This document shows positions 13,613-32,667 of a stretch of DNA of 64,000 nt, in pieces. Each line of letters opens with the position of its first letter. Position 1 is the first letter of the stretch. The stretch is from the NCBI RefSeq assembly GCF_009914755.1, contig NC_060937.1; one strand, given 5' to 3'. The position numbers and the translations under genes are program-made. The stretch comes from the human T2T-CHM13v2.0 reference genome, Homo sapiens. The notes under the pieces are model-generated. The model made no database searches and was not told the origin of the DNA. It saw only the letters and a program-made list of their open reading frames with translations.

Positions 13613-14772
13613 TGATAGCATGGTGGACTGGACATTTTAAAGAAGCCCTTTGTAACTGGCCTTGCTTATTGCAGATAACTGCTTAGTGTTTTTGAGAAAT
13701 GCACTTTCCTCACCAGCTGAAGGTGCTACAGATAAGAGGGGCAGGTATAGTCCTGTAATGCAGGTGCTAAAGTCTTTCTACTTTGGAAGGACAGGCATTC
13801 CCTGTATTGGTTACCGTTTGCCTGGGAAGGGAGGCTGTGGGGTTTTAGGCTCTCGTGGCAGTCTCTCTCCTGTTGTTTGGTGCTTTTGATTGAAAGGAGC
13901 CTCTCCAAGCCTGGCTATTGAATGGGAAGCAGCGGATCAACTTCTTTTCTTGCCTTTTAGTGTCAGAGTTTATTCTGTGGTGGTACTGGGTCACAGTCCT
14001 TTCTCTCTGTTTCACCCATGGCAACTTAGGTAGGCTGTTACCTCCTTAACCACTTCCACATGGCCAGGAAGATCAGAGCCAAACGGTTTTCATTCAAATT
14101 ACTTGAAATACTGATTTCTCCAGTCCTGTTCTGCCAAATGCAGCCTTTGTTTTCAATCAAGAAGCCCCCAGAAAACGTGTATTTAAAACTGGCAAAACTT
14201 TTTATAGGATGCCCTTGCCCTGGTTTGAATTAGTTAAAAATGTTTGGCCAAGTGGATACTTTGAGCAAAAGTGGATAATGGATACATTACTAAAATATCA
14301 TGCTCGAAGCTTTTGATACTAATCCAGCGAGACTGAAACTGAGGCATGCTCAGTGCTGCCTGCAAACTGTTAACTCAGATTTTAAGTTTTCTTAGTTTAA
14401 TGTGGGATGGAAATTATGAACTTCAAGACTTGCAATTAATGTGGGAATTCATCATTTACACTGAATGAATTTCATATGTAAAACTGTCATATTTGTTCAC
14501 ACATTAAAAAAAAGAAGAGCCTCAGGCCACACTAGACTGCCTTTAACTCTCAATTATGATAATAACCTCTGACCACAAGAGTAACTTCACTTTATGTGCA
14601 GACTTTTGACGAAATGCTTTGCATAAATTTATTATCAATTAGAAGACTTAAAAATCCAGTATTATGATGACTTTCAGTTTTTGTTCTTGTTCATTCAGGA
14701 TCTAGTATAGTATCTGAATATAGCAAACCCTTGGTAAATTATTGTGTTCTGTTTTCTTTTTGAAAAAAACTC

Positions 14773-14950
14773 GAGGCTGGAGTGCAGTGGTGATCATGGC
14801 TCATTGCAGCCTTGACCTCTTGGGCTCAAGCAATCCTTTCATCTCAGTCTCCCGAGTAGCTGTGACTACAGACACATGCCATCACGCCCAGCTAATTTTT
14901 TCTTTAAAAAATTTTTCTTAGAGAGTCTCACCGCTATGTTGCCCAGTCTG
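14773..14950 (-). mobile_element. Partial old Alu (AluJ-like)
   Basis: GGCTGGAGTGCAGTGG...GGGCTCAAGCAATCC. Confidence 0.8.
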
Positions 14951-15156
14951 GTAAATCCTTGTTGAATGAATAATAAATCCAGTTTTTACCATCCCTTCAA
15001 ATTAGTCTTTAGGGTTTTTAAAGGAAACTTGTTATTAGAATTGATAGATTGCAGTTCTGGCAGTTTGATATTTGATTTTGTTTTCATTTCATTCTAATTT
15101 AGCAATTGAATCCTTAAAGCTAAGTCAGATTGTAAAAAGACAGAGGTTCCTTTTCA

Positions 15157-15513
<357 letters not shown>

Positions 15514-15961
15514 TTACTGACTCCTACCTTAGCATTTTGGGATCTGTTCTTTTATATAGCCTTCTCATTTCTTAACCTGCGCCAAATTTGACATTCTAAT
15601 TGTTTTATATGGTACTTGTCTGTAAATTTAATGTGCTCACCATTCCTTTTTGTACTTTGAAGCTTGCTTCTGGGATACATTTTCCTTCTTCCTGAGACAC
15701 ATCTTCTAGAAATTCTGTTAGCATCTGTTGGTGGTAACTTCAGTTTCTGCATGTCTTAGATACCTTTGTTCTTGAATGGTAAGTTTATCTGGGTGTGCAA
15801 TTCTGTATTGTTCCTGTATTAATCAGCTGTGTTCTGGTCCCATTGCTGTTGCTGTCTAATTATTTGTAACTAGTCTGCCTTTTCTCTCTGGCTACTTTTA
15901 AGATGCTTTGGTGTTCTGCAGTCTGGCTATGACATGTCTAGGTATTTCTTCTCTCTTTTAC

Positions 15962-16257
<296 letters not shown>

Positions 16258-16733
16258 CTCCTTTAGTTTTATTCCTCTCTCTCTTCTTCCCTCTTCTCCT
16301 CTCCCTCTCTTCTGTTCCTCTTCCCTGCTCCCTTGCTACTGTCTTTCCCATCCTCTTTATTAGTTTATTTTCTGTTGCTCAGCAGTATTTCCGTGGCTGG
16401 ATATGCTATGACTTGCGTATCCACTCCCCTTTGGCCATTCAAGTTGTTTTCAGTGTTGGCTATCATGAATACAGCTGCTGTGAACATTTGTGAACAAATC
16501 TTTGTGTAGAGATAGGTTTTTATTTTTCCTCCTGGGTCTTTAAGTGTGTGCCTAACTTTATAATAAGCTATTTGTAAGAAAGCGTTGGCACCATTTTATG
16601 TTACCATCAGTGATGTATGAGACTTCTAGTTACTCCAATCTTGATCAACACTTGAAACAGTCTTTCCTTTTAGCCATTCCAGTGGCTATGTAGTGATATC
16701 TCACTGTGGTTTTGTTTTATATTTTCCTGATAA

Positions 16734-17113
<380 letters not shown>

Positions 17114-17123
17114 AAATATTTAC

Positions 17124-17406
<283 letters not shown>

Positions 17407-18047
17407 AGATCTTTACTGTTTTTAATTTTTTTGTTCAGATTGTTTTATATAGCTTTATTTAGGATACTTGATATACAGTAAACTGCACATTCTTAATGTC
17501 ATCTTATAGTTGTAGGAGTTCTTTATATATTTTGTGTATAAATCCTTTGTAAAGATCTACATAGTATGAATATTTTCACCCAACCTATTTTTGCCTTTTC
17601 ATTTTTTAAGTATCTTTTGAAAGGCAAAAGTTATTAGGAAAACATTTTACATGGTCTAGTTATTGAACTTATTTAACGTCAGGAAATATATTCAGTGTTG
17701 GAAGAATAGCACATTTCTTGTCTGTAAGGCAAGAGAAAAGGAGCATATTGCTCCTTTCAAGAGATCAGGCTCCATTTACTGGATGGCGATGGAACACTTT
17801 TGTTCTTACCTAACTAAAACTGAGTTGGAAAAAACCTATAGAGGAAGAAAAAAATTGCCTGCTTAATTTGAAAATATAAGCAAATAAGTGTTTAAGATTA
17901 TGATCAAATAAATAGATTTAAAGTCCCAAACTGAGTTGTGTTTGTTCTTTGGCACACAGAAGGATTATGGGAAAAAATGTTTTTGAAATGAATGAAAAAT
18001 GGGTGCCTTGGGCAAAAGCAAGTTGTAGCATTCTAAAAAGAGGTTAG

Positions 18048-18790
<743 letters not shown>

Positions 18791-18988
18791 TTCTCTGTTT
18801 TGGTAGTAATTGTATCTTTTTATCGGTGTATTCTCCTTAGTTTCTGGGCCAAAGAACAAGTATTGTAAGGTCAAGAAGGATGTTTCTCTAATTTTTGGTT
18901 TTCTTGCCCATAGAAGCTCAATGATAAACATTGGTTGATTTGAACTAAAATTTGTGAAATGTACACTCTCTATGACATTTTAGAGTAA

Positions 18989-19378
<390 letters not shown>

Positions 19379-20689
19379 ATATCTTCCATCTTTGACATTG
19401 GACAAGTTATCAATGCTCTTTCCCGAAAACCTCAAGGGGACATTTAAGAGTACATGTATCTGCAAGTGGCAGAATGTCTGACTAATAGCAGTTTCAGCCA
19501 TCAAATACTGAGTTGCTTCAAGTAATAAAGGGGCTCCCAGTTCATGTCTCAGCCCAAAATATCATCAAGGACACAGATGCATTCTGTCCTTCTCTGCTGC
19601 CCCTCGGAATGTTGATTTTTGCACTTGGGCTTGTTGGCCATGGTTAATTAGACTGCTGCAGCCTAATTAGTCATTATGCCTAATGGCAGTTGCAGCTCCA
19701 AGCTTCATACTCTCACACATTTGTTGTTACTAGGTCCCTAGCAGCACAGGCTTCTCATTTAGCAAAAATTTTCCCAGAAGGCTCCAGCATCTGGGAGGTC
19801 TTTGAAGAGGATTCTGGGGAATGTTTGTGTGCACTTAAAAGGAGACCCAAAGACTAGATGTGATGCCTGGAATCACAGCAGCCATGTTTTTACTAGACCT
19901 GAAGCAGGCAAGAGGGTGACAGAGCTGAAAGTGGAACCAGAGTCCATAAATGCATCATTGAGTCATTTAGATCTTCCGCACCTGGAGCTTAGCATGCCAA
20001 ATACTAATCTGTTCTAGGATACCAGATAATATGTGAATTTACTTTCTCGTCGTACTTGAGTTGGGGTTTTCGGTTATTGCCATCTAAAGCATCATGACTG
20101 ATATATTAATTGGGAGATTTTATCTTTCATCTGCTATTTAATATTATCTATGAGAAAACTGATTTCTACCTGTTAATTATGTGGAAAGTGACTTAAAGTC
20201 ATATCAAATCACTGTTAGAGATGATCTCTTTATAAGGACTTTAGATGTTTGATAATGTGTGCAAGTCGTGCAACTGAGTCTACATGAATTTCGCGTCCTT
20301 TTAAGCTGGCCTTGCAGGGCATCTGCTTGGAATCTACCATCTGGCAGTTTGGGTTACAGAACATACTTGAGAGTATTGCTTCATTTCTTCAAGAAAAAAA
20401 TGATGGAAATGCCAGCCATTTCTGTCAATCTAGAATATCATCTATCTGCACATTTAATATTGTTAGGAACTTTGTGAGGAACTTATTAATCAGGGGTTTG
20501 TGATCTTCCTTTGTAATCTTAACTGGAGTTTTTGGTTCTCTAACATCAGGTGCTAGCAGGGGCCAAGATGGATCCAAGTGGAGTGAGCTGTTTGGAAATA
20601 TCAGGATATGGGGAAACCAGCGATTTTCTAAATGAGACAAACATGTTAGTGAATCTGTGAAGAAAAGTTAAGTGATGTAATAATAACCT

Positions 20690-20965
20690 TTATATATATA
20701 TAAAATATATATAAATATATATTTATATATAAAATATATAAATAATATATATTTATATATAAAATAATATATATAAAAATATATAAAAATATGTTATATA
20801 TAAATATATAATAAATAATACATTATATATAAATATGTATAATATATAACACATTATATATAAATATGTATAATATATAATACATTATATATAAATATGT
20901 ATAATATATAATACATTATATATAAATATGTATAAATATATATTTATATATATATATTATATATA
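20690..20965. repeat. AT-rich minisatellite / (TA)n with a 31-bp unit
   Basis: CATTATATATAAATATGTATAATATATAA(C/T)A starting at 20821, 20852, 20883 and 20914. Confidence 0.9.
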
Positions 20966-21250
<285 letters not shown>

Positions 21251-21254
21251 TTTT

Positions 21255-21775
21255 TTGAGTTTTAATGCATAGATTTGTGTAACCAACTCCACAGTCAGGA
21301 TATGGGACATTTCTGTCAATTTAGAACATTCCCTTGTGCTGCACCCCCAGTCCCTGTTAACCACCTGTCTTTGCTCTGTCACTAACTATAGTCTGGTCTT
21401 TTCCAGTATGTCATATAAATGGAATCTTAGCATTTGTAACCTTTTGAGACTGGCCTCTTTCATTCAGCCTAATGTCTTTGTGATTCCAACAGCTCACTCA
21501 CTTTTGCTATCTAGTTAGTATTCCATCATATGGATGTACCACAGTGTGTTTATCCATTTACTTATTGAAGAACAGTTGACTTGTGTCCAGTTTGGAGCAA
21601 TTATGAATAGAGCTGCTATAAACTCTCACATACAGATTTTGATATGGATGAAGTTTGATTTCTCATGGACAAATAGCTAGAAGTGAAATCCTTGTCAGCA
21701 CTTGGTATCGTATTTTTTATTTTAGCCATTTTAACAGGTGTGTAGTGGTATCTCATCATGGTTATATATTTTTTT
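21255..21775 (-). mobile_element. Old L1 (L1MC/MD-type) fragment
   Basis: GTATTCCATCATATGGATGTACCACAGTGTGTTTATCC, TTTAGCCATTTTAACAGGTGTGTAGTGGTATCTC. Confidence 0.7.
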
Positions 21776-22317
21776 AACCAAAAAAATATAGAGAAAAACA
21801 TCTTTAAGAAGGGCTTACCTGAAGATGTGACTAAATAATTTCTTGGACTCTCTGGCAGAGAAAGACTGGAGGAGCTTTGTTGGCTGCCTGCGTTTTGAAG
21901 GAGTGGATTGGAAAGAGCAATTTGTGTGTAAAATCTCGAGGCCCAGAATGGAACAGCGCCAGCGGGAATAAATAAGATGTCAGTCCTGTAGGTGCTTATC
22001 TCAAAGACCTGATGGGGCATGTAGGTTTAATTCCAGTAACTATTTTGTTAATTCTCTATGTGAATATACAGGGATAATCATTCAAAAATAAAATTACCGA
22101 AGCAACTGCAAGGCCCTGTGGAGGTGGAGAAAAGAATGCAGGCATTAGGGCATGCCTTCATTATCTATGGCCGCATGACACATTACCCCCAAAGCTGAGT
22201 GGCTTGAAACAACGGTAAACATTGATTATCTTTTGCAGTTTCTGTGGGTGAGGACTTTGGAAATGGCTTCAATGAACAATTCTGGCATGGAGGTTTGTGA
22301 TGAAGATGTCAGCTAGG

Positions 22318-22823
<506 letters not shown>

Positions 22824-22914
22824 TTACAACATGGTGGCTAGCTTCTCCCAGAGTGAGTGAACCATGAGGAAACCAAGGCAAAACTGCTGTGGTTTTTTTA
22901 AGTTTTAATTTTAC

Positions 22915-23205
22915 TTATTTATTTTTGAGACAGGGTCTCACTCTGTCACCCAGGCTTGAGTGTGGTGTGATCTCAGCTCATTGCAATCTCTGCCTCCCAG
23001 GCTCAAGTAAGCCTTCCACTTCAGCCTCCCAAGTAGCTGAGACTACAGGTGTGCACCACCACACCTCACTAATTTTTGTATTTTTTGTAGAGACGGGAGT
23101 CTCACAGTGTTGCCCAGGCTGGTCTTGAACTCCTGAGCTCAAGTGGTCATCTGCTTCGGCCTCCCAAAGTGCTGGGATTATGGGGGTGAGCCACTGCGCC
23201 TGGCC
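22915..23205 (-). mobile_element. AluJ-like
   Basis: Antisense dimer; CTGCTGTGG on both flanks. Confidence 0.9.
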
Positions 23206-23814
23206 CTGCTGTGGCTGCTTGCCAGCCATGGAAGTTATACACTGTCACTTCCACAGTATTCTTGGGCCTACTGCCAGCTATGACTTAAGGGGAGGCAGTT
23301 ACACAAAAGTGTGGCTGCCAGGAGGCAAGAATCATTGAGTGCTGTCTTGGAAGCTGGCTGCCACAGGACCCTGAGGTAGCTGTGTTCAGATCCCTGCTCT
23401 ACTACTCAAAAGTTAGGTCGTCTGGAGCAAGTCATTTCATTTCAATCCCCGTTTCCTCCCATATTTTAAAAATAAAAATAATACCTTTTGAATAATGCCC
23501 ATTATGATACAAATCATGGATTCTAAATAACTAATTATAAAAGTCCTTGTGATCAGTGTTTTTTAAGATTTGGAATTTTGGCCATTTGGAATTTGTTTTG
23601 AGAATGACAGATAACGTATAAAAACATACTCTCTGGCAATTTATAAAAGACTTAAGACATGGTAGCTGTTATTTGTATTATTAAACCATGAAGCTTTGAA
23701 TCTGAACTGTGTGTAAGCATAAAAACAAAGATAAACATATTAAGTTATAATAACGTTCTTTTTAGCAAAAGTCTTAGTCACATAGCTTCTTTCACTTTAT
23801 TTATTGATTTTTAT

Positions 23815-24245
23815 AGGTAAGATCTTGTACTGTCACCCAGGCTGGAGTGCAGTGGCACAATCATAGCTCATTGCAGCCTTGAACTCCTGGCTCAAATGAT
23901 CCTCCCACTCCAGCTTTCCAAAGTGGTGGGATTACAGGCATGAGCCAGTGTGCTTGGCTGATTTTTAAATTTTGTGTAGAAATGGGACTTTGCTTTGTTG
24001 CCCAGGCTGGTCTTGAACTCCTGGCATCAAGCGATCCTCCTGCCTCAGCCTCCCAAAGTTATAGGATGAGCCACTGTACCTGGCCCCCATTATAATCTGG
24101 GTTTTTTAAATTTAAATTTTTATTTTTTTAAAGAGACAGTGTTTTGCTGTGTTGCCCAGGCTGGTCTGGAACTGGGCTCAAGCAATCCTCCTGCCTTGGC
24201 ATCCCAAAGTGCTGGGATTACAGGCATGAGCCACTGCACCTGGCC
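23815..24245 (-). mobile_element. Old Alu plus adjacent Alu monomer
   Basis: Antisense AluJ/FLAM-like segments at 23815-24085 and 24125-24245. Confidence 0.8.
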
Positions 24246-25019
24246 TAGAATGTATACATGTTTTTATTTATGTTTTCCTTTCCTGAAAGGGGTAAGCCAG
24301 TCACTGAAATAGCAAAAACCAAATTCCTCATCTAGTCTTCATTAATACCCCCAAATAAGAAATACCTAATCTGAGGTCTGCTGGGTCATGCAGGAAGGAC
24401 GCTGAGAGACATTATTGATGAGTTTAGCATGTCTGCAGAGTGGACGTGAAGGATCACCTCACTGCATCACCGCCTCTTTATAGAGATTTTAGAAAATGCT
24501 CACTTGTAAAAGTAGTTTTAGAAAGCATGAATCAGTGCCCTTTGAGTTGACTGGAGTAGTCAAGAAAAGTTTTGGTTTTAAAGTGATCATTGTGTGAGAT
24601 CATGTTACTGTTTTGCTGGAATTGATAACGAGCCTGGCTGGAAGAAACCTGGTGTTTTTGCCCCATTTTATTTCCCAGCCTCCTGTACTTCCCTCTTCCC
24701 CCTGATCAGTCCCCCTCCCCCATGCTAGTCTAGGTGAACTTCCTACAAGCCACAGAGCCTTCCTCTGTCACATCTTCCCATCTGCCACTGCCCCGGCCTT
24801 CCACCAAGTCCTTCTCTGCTCTGACATTCATCCAGTCCCTGCCTACCTCCTTCCAGAAGCCTTCCCTAAGGCTAACGTCTCCTCCCGGGTGCCAGCGTGG
24901 ACCCTCCGTGCTTGTACTGGCGTGTTTACTCTCCTCTCCACTCATTTTGGTTATTTGAGCACTAACATTTACTGAACATTTGAAGTCCTAGGCTGAGTTC
25001 TAACAGCCCAACCACCCTG

Positions 25020-25125
25020 ATTTTTATCCTCATTTTACTTAAGAGGGTAATGGAGGTTCAGAGAGGTTAAGTGTGCCTAAGGTCACACAGCTTATAATTG
25101 GCAGAGCAGAGATAGAAGCTCAGGA
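25020..25125. mobile_element. MIR
   Basis: GAGGTTCAGAGAGGTTAAG..CCTAAGGTCACACAGCT. Confidence 0.7.
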
Positions 25126-26579
25126 AGTTTTTCCTCACTTAGAGCAACTTCTACTTAAGTATTTTACACATCTGCATTCCTAATGCCTGGCAGAGTGCCA
25201 GGAACATAGTAGGTGCTCAATAAATATTTAAGATGAACTCTCTTAAGTGGTAAACATCGTCACAAATTATTTCTGTACATTTCTTTGTAAAATGTAGCCT
25301 CCCTTGGCCTTCTGCAGGATGAGGTTCTGAGTTACTGCTCTTCCTTGATCCTCCTGTGGCTGGGAGGTCACTTACCACTTCTTTTGTGATTATACTGTTA
25401 GTTTGCTGCTTAAAAGATGAGCATGTTTGCTTAAAATTCTATGCATGACATATATGCATTGAGAAAAGGATGTTACGGTTTTCTTTGCATGAGATTAATC
25501 CAAGTGGTTTTTATTTTCTGCTTTGAACTTCTCTGTATTTTCTAAAGTTCCCACAAATTTTTATTGCTTTTGTAATTACCAAACCATGTTATTTACAATG
25601 AGAAGAGAAAACTATTTTTTTCGGAGTGCATGAAAAGGAAAACCTTAAATTTTTTTCCCCTGTGGATTAAGCTAAGCCTGCTACACATATAAAAAGTCAT
25701 GTAAGACATACTTTGGCTACAGAACATGCATTGCAAATCTGTCCCTACTCTACTATTGAAACCACCTACTCAAAGGTCATTTTCTTATTCCAGTGTGTCA
25801 AAGGCACATAACAAAGTAAGGGAGGTGCACATGATACTTGAGTGAGACATGGTCTTCTTGGGGAGATGGTTATTCCAAGGAGTTTATTTGTAGTTCAGAA
25901 GTTCAGGGTTGTCAGATCAAGGTTGTCCAGGTCAGTGGGATGCTTTGGTTTTGGAGGTAGAATAGCATAAGCATGAACTCAGGCTCCAGGTACCATTTGA
26001 GAATAGTAACTCCAAAGTCACATAAAAAAACCCTAAAGTGTGAGTTTGAGGTCAGGCTCAGAGCCTTTGGCAGGGGACCAGGGACAGGGAACAGCTGCTT
26101 TTCTCAGGATTATAGGCAATTTAGCCAGGACTGTAGGGGCTAAGAGACTGTCTGGTGGTTTAAAAAATGGCGTGCTTCACTGTTAGGAAAGAAAATTCTG
26201 AGAAATGCAGAGGTGGTTGTGTCTTCCGTCTGCGTCATGCTGTTTGTGGCCGCACCTGCCTGTTCACCTGGAGGAGCTAGACAGGGATGGCTCCTCCATT
26301 CCTTGGAGAGCTAGGAAAGCCAGCTCCATTCCTTGCTTTCCCTGGCATAATTTTGGGCCAGGAAGGTTCATCAGTCCTAAAGATTGAGCAGAAAAATAAG
26401 AAAAGTCTATCTTCAAGGTAGAGAAATCCCGGTGATCTGCCAAAACCCATTTCCTGAAAATTGCTTGAGTCTAGTGTGTGAACAAGCATGGCAAAGTGCA
26501 TGTAGGAGACGCCTTCTGGCCCATCCTTGGAATCGTGCTCCTTGATGGGGTGCTATTCCCACGGCCAGTTTTGTGCTAT

Positions 26580-26720
26580 TATCATGCTAGGCACTGTGCT
26601 CAGCATGTTGCATAGATTTTTACTTGACCATTCAATGAGGAAGGTATTCGTTTGACAGGAAGCTGAGGCTTAGACTATACGGTATTATGCCCAATGTCAC
26701 ACAGCTAATAAGTGAAGTCA
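26580..26720. mobile_element. MIR
   Basis: CTAGGCACTGTGCT...CCCAATGTCACACAGCTAATAAGTG. Confidence 0.65.
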
Positions 26721-26859
26721 GGGGTCTTCTTGTAGTACAGGTGTCCCTGAGTGTGCCAGATGAGGGTGAGAGGAGATGTATCTTGCAAGATCAGGGTCAG
26801 ACCCAATCTTTATTGAAAATTTTATTGCTTTGTTCATTGTGGATTTTTTTTAATTGTGA

Positions 26860-27158
<299 letters not shown>

Positions 27159-28059
27159 TACTTGTGATTTTAAAAAATATTCATTACACATGACTATCTT
27201 AATTATGGAGTATTTGGCACTCCCTTAAATTCTGCACCCAAGGTGAGTGCCTCACTGGCCTCACCCTAGTGCCAAGTAATGAGCAGTTGTGAAGTTGGAG
27301 GATGAAAATCTGGTCAATCACCAGACGATTTCATCATCATTTTCGGCATTGTAGTACAATTTTGTTTTCCTTCAAGGCATTTTTGGAGGTCAGTCATGGT
27401 CTTAAAGATGTACTTTAGCTTCACCTTTGAAGATACTGACCTATCTGATACACAGTTGTTGGTACCAGAGGTTGCTTGCAGCATTTCACCTTTTAGAAAC
27501 CAAAGCCCAGGTCCAGTGAAAGCCTGTGAGAGTCACTGTGGCCAGGAAACCATGTCTTTGGAGCTTGGTGATGGAGGTGAGGGAAGAAGTTAAATCTTTA
27601 AATTGAAGTCACATCATAAAGGAACTGAGAAATGAAGCCTCCTTTGAGTGGATATGCCAGCACTCTGGCAGGTGTGTGCTGTAGGCGTGATGGTGGGGCC
27701 TGGGCTGCCTGGTGCTGGGGAGTGGCTATCCCCTTTCCTTGCATTGCTACTGGATGACTTGGGTAGACCAGCCATCCTACACAGATCGTAAGGATAGCCT
27801 AATGTATTTCACATGAGAATGGGCTGTGTTTCACTGAGGCTTTAAAAAAAATTTAAAAATAGCCTCGTTTCTTTAAAAGCTTTTTTTCTCGTTTCTTTTT
27901 GTTAATTGCAAAAATAAGGTCATTGTAGAAACATGGAAAGTGAAGAAAAGTAGGCAGAATACATACACACAGACACCTGTTGTTAACGACTACCACTCCA
28001 GCACACACAGATTGCTTTTGTCATATTTGCCTTATTTTTAAAAATTTTTTTAATTTAAA

Positions 28060-28364
28060 TATTTTTTTTGAGACTGAGTCTTGCTCTGTTGCCTAGGCTA
28101 GAGTGCAGTGGTGCCATCTCGGCTCACTGCAACCTCCACTTCCCGGTTCAAGTGATTCTCCTGCCTCAGCCTCCTGAGTAGCTGGGATTATAGGCTCACA
28201 CTACCATGCCTGGCTAATTTTTTTTGTTTTTGTTTTTTGTATTTTTAGTAGAGATAGGGTTTTGCCATGTTGGCCAGGCTGGTCTCAAACTCCTGACCTC
28301 AGGTGATCCACCCGCTTAACCTCCCAAAGTGCCGGGAGTACAGGAGTGAGCCACCGCGCCTGGC
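28060..28364 (-). mobile_element. Alu
   Basis: Antisense dimer; flanking repeat ATATTTGCCTTATTTT. Confidence 0.92.
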
Positions 28365-28603
28365 TTATATTTGCCTTATTTTGTTTTCTTGATGGACTTT
28401 ATTATTCATAGCAGTTTTAGGTTCTCAGCAAAATGGAACAGAAGTTAGAATTCCCCTATGCCCTCCTGCTGAACCTTCCCTACCATCAACATCCCACAGT
28501 TTCCTTTTTACATTTTTAAGAACGCTCTATTTTTTTCAAATTGGTAATATATTATACATACGTTTTGTGAATTTCTTTCCCCTCCATTATCTTGCTTCAG
28601 TAA

Positions 28604-28911
<308 letters not shown>

Positions 28912-29093
28912 TAGTCTTTAAGTCAACATGATTGAGGTCAAAGGTCTCTTGAGGTCATTTCCTGTTGACCTTTCTCTGAGGAATGTGGCTGAGTTCACAT
29001 GATGGGAAGGGGGTTCCCAGATGTCTTTCAAGCCCTTGACTATATTGTGTGGCGATTTCCCAGAATGTGTATAGAAGGCTTTGGGGACTATGA

Positions 29094-29465
<372 letters not shown>

Positions 29466-30209
29466 CTTCCTGTCTCTTTCTTTTATCATTTGACTTTTTT
29501 CTCACTGGCACTTGGAGGAGGGGGTTTGGGATTCACTTTCTATTAAAAGTGTTCTTCATGGGTTAGAAAATAGAACTGTAGCGGGAATGTTTCCAGAAAA
29601 GTCTTAAGTGTCAGGGGAGACACCTAAAGTGAGATGAATCAGTTAATACTCCTGTGTGCCATGCCTGCGTACAAGTGTGGAGTTTCTAAGTGGCATAGGA
29701 CAGATTTCTAAGGTGGTGGGTAGGCAAGAACTGACAAGGTTTGCCTTCTCATCGATGTGCAGAAGAGAATCTTTTCCTTGTGTACCAACAATTCTGGCTT
29801 ATTTTGTTTGCGTTTGTGCCGCTATTCCTAGCTCGGGGCATGGCCTGTAGTAGGTGCTCATTAAATCTTTGTTGAAGAAACCCCTCTTGGGGTTTCTGGA
29901 TAAACTTACCTTGAACCTCTCAAACCTGGGCTGACCTCACCAGCTGTTTGGCCCCCATGGTCTGTAAAAGCCTTGAACTTATAGTCACAAATGGGTGGCA
30001 GATATACATTTATTTATGATGTTAGTCTTCAGACACTATTTATCTACTTTACCCTTCATCTACCTTTGACTTCTAGATTGTTTCTGTCTCTCTCATGTCC
30101 AGGCCTGTTAGTCTCTGGTAAAGTTAGAGATGCTCTAACAATGTTCTAGGAGTGGCTGAGGCGCCTTGCAAGTCAGGAGCTACAAGATCTTAAAAACAAA
30201 TACCCATTT

Positions 30210-30862
30210 AGGTTGCTGGCGAGGTTGCGGAGAATAAGGAATGCCTATGCACTGTTCGTGAGAGTGTAAATTAGTTCAACCGTTGTGGAAAGCAGTGTGG
30301 CGATTTCTCAGAGAGCAAAAAACAGAACTACCATTCAACTGAGCAATCTCATTACTGGATATATACCCCCCAAAATATAAGTCATTCTACCATAAGGACA
30401 TAGGCACGTGAATGTTCATTGCAGCACCATTCACAATAGCAAACACATGGAAGCAACCTAAATTCCCATCAATGACAGATTGAATAAATAAAATGTGGTA
30501 CATATATACCACGGAATACTATGCAACCATAAAAAAGAACAAAATCATCTTTGCAGGAACATAGATGGAACTGGAAGCCATTGTCCTTAGCAAACTAACG
30601 CAGGAACAGAAAAGCAAATACCGCATGTTGTCACTTATAAGTGGGCGCTAAATGAAGAGAACTGATGGACACACAGAGGGGAACAACAGACACTGGGGCC
30701 TACTTGGAGAAGGGTGGCAGGAGGGGGAGGAGCAGGAAAAGTAACTGTTGGGTACTAGGCTTAGTACCTTCTGTTAAACCCCTGTGACATGAGTTTACCT
30801 ATATAACAAACCTGCACGTGTACCCTGAACCTAAAATAAAAGTTAAAAATTAAAAACAAAAA
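30210..30862 (+). mobile_element. 5'-truncated primate L1 (L1PA-type) 3' end
   Basis: GTGTAAATTAGTTCAACC, CAGGAACAGAAAAGCAAATACCGCATG, AATAAA at 30835-30840; flanks CAAATACCCATTTAG / CAAATAGCCATTTAG. Confidence 0.9.
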
Positions 30863-30930
30863 ATTGCCCCTCCCCTTCAAATCCCAAATAGCCATTTAGG
30901 AAAATCAAATCAAATCCTTATTTGTTGGTG

Positions 30931-31400
<470 letters not shown>

Positions 31401-31749
31401 TGACCTTTTCTAAACACTTCAAGATTATCCTTCTTTAGCTTAATTCTAATTGCTGGATTGCTTGACTGTACCTCCATGAATAATCCTGTTGGCACTAAGT
31501 CCTGTGAATGCCTTACTTTTAATGAAGAGTTTACCTAATAGCATGTAAGATTGTGCAGGAAACGAAGGACAGAAAGGCCCAGGAAATTGGCATATGGATA
31601 GTTTGCCTCCATTTGTTAATTTGCGGGCCACCTTGGTCCGTTTTGGGGGCGTGGCGTTTGTTTTCACCATATGGCGGGTGACGGAACATCTGGACTGTTT
31701 ACCTGACAGCCACAGGGCAGTATTTCAGGAACTCTTGAGAATGTGGGAA

Positions 31750-31801
31750 AGGACATTTTAGTTCTAGTCTGAAACTAGGACATTTTAGTTCTAGTTTGAA
31801 A
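31750..31801. repeat. 27-bp tandem duplication
   Basis: AGGACATTTTAGTTCTAGT(C/T)TGAAA twice. Confidence 0.85.
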
Positions 31802-32166
31802 GAGTCAGAGAGTCTGGGTTGCTCTTGGTAGGTTTATGCTCAAAAGCCTTTTAATTCTTTCTAATTGAATCCCTTGGCTTAAGATTCTTTTGATTTGTAT
31901 TTGATTAAACAACAAAGCAACACATCTGTGGCCTTCATTTGTATGCATCTTTACCTACTGCTGTGAACCCAATGAGAGGTGTCTTTCAGAGAACTTAGAT
32001 TTTTGTTTAATACAAAACAAGCTGATATTCTTAATTGTTTTAGGAATTACATAGCATTCTTCATTGTTGTTCTGGCTTCCTCCTCCACCATCTAATGTGT
32101 AAATATGTGTGAAAGGGGAAGATCTCCAAAATAGAGCCATGGTCTGGCAGGTTGAGAGGTTTGTCA

Positions 32167-32667
<501 letters not shown>

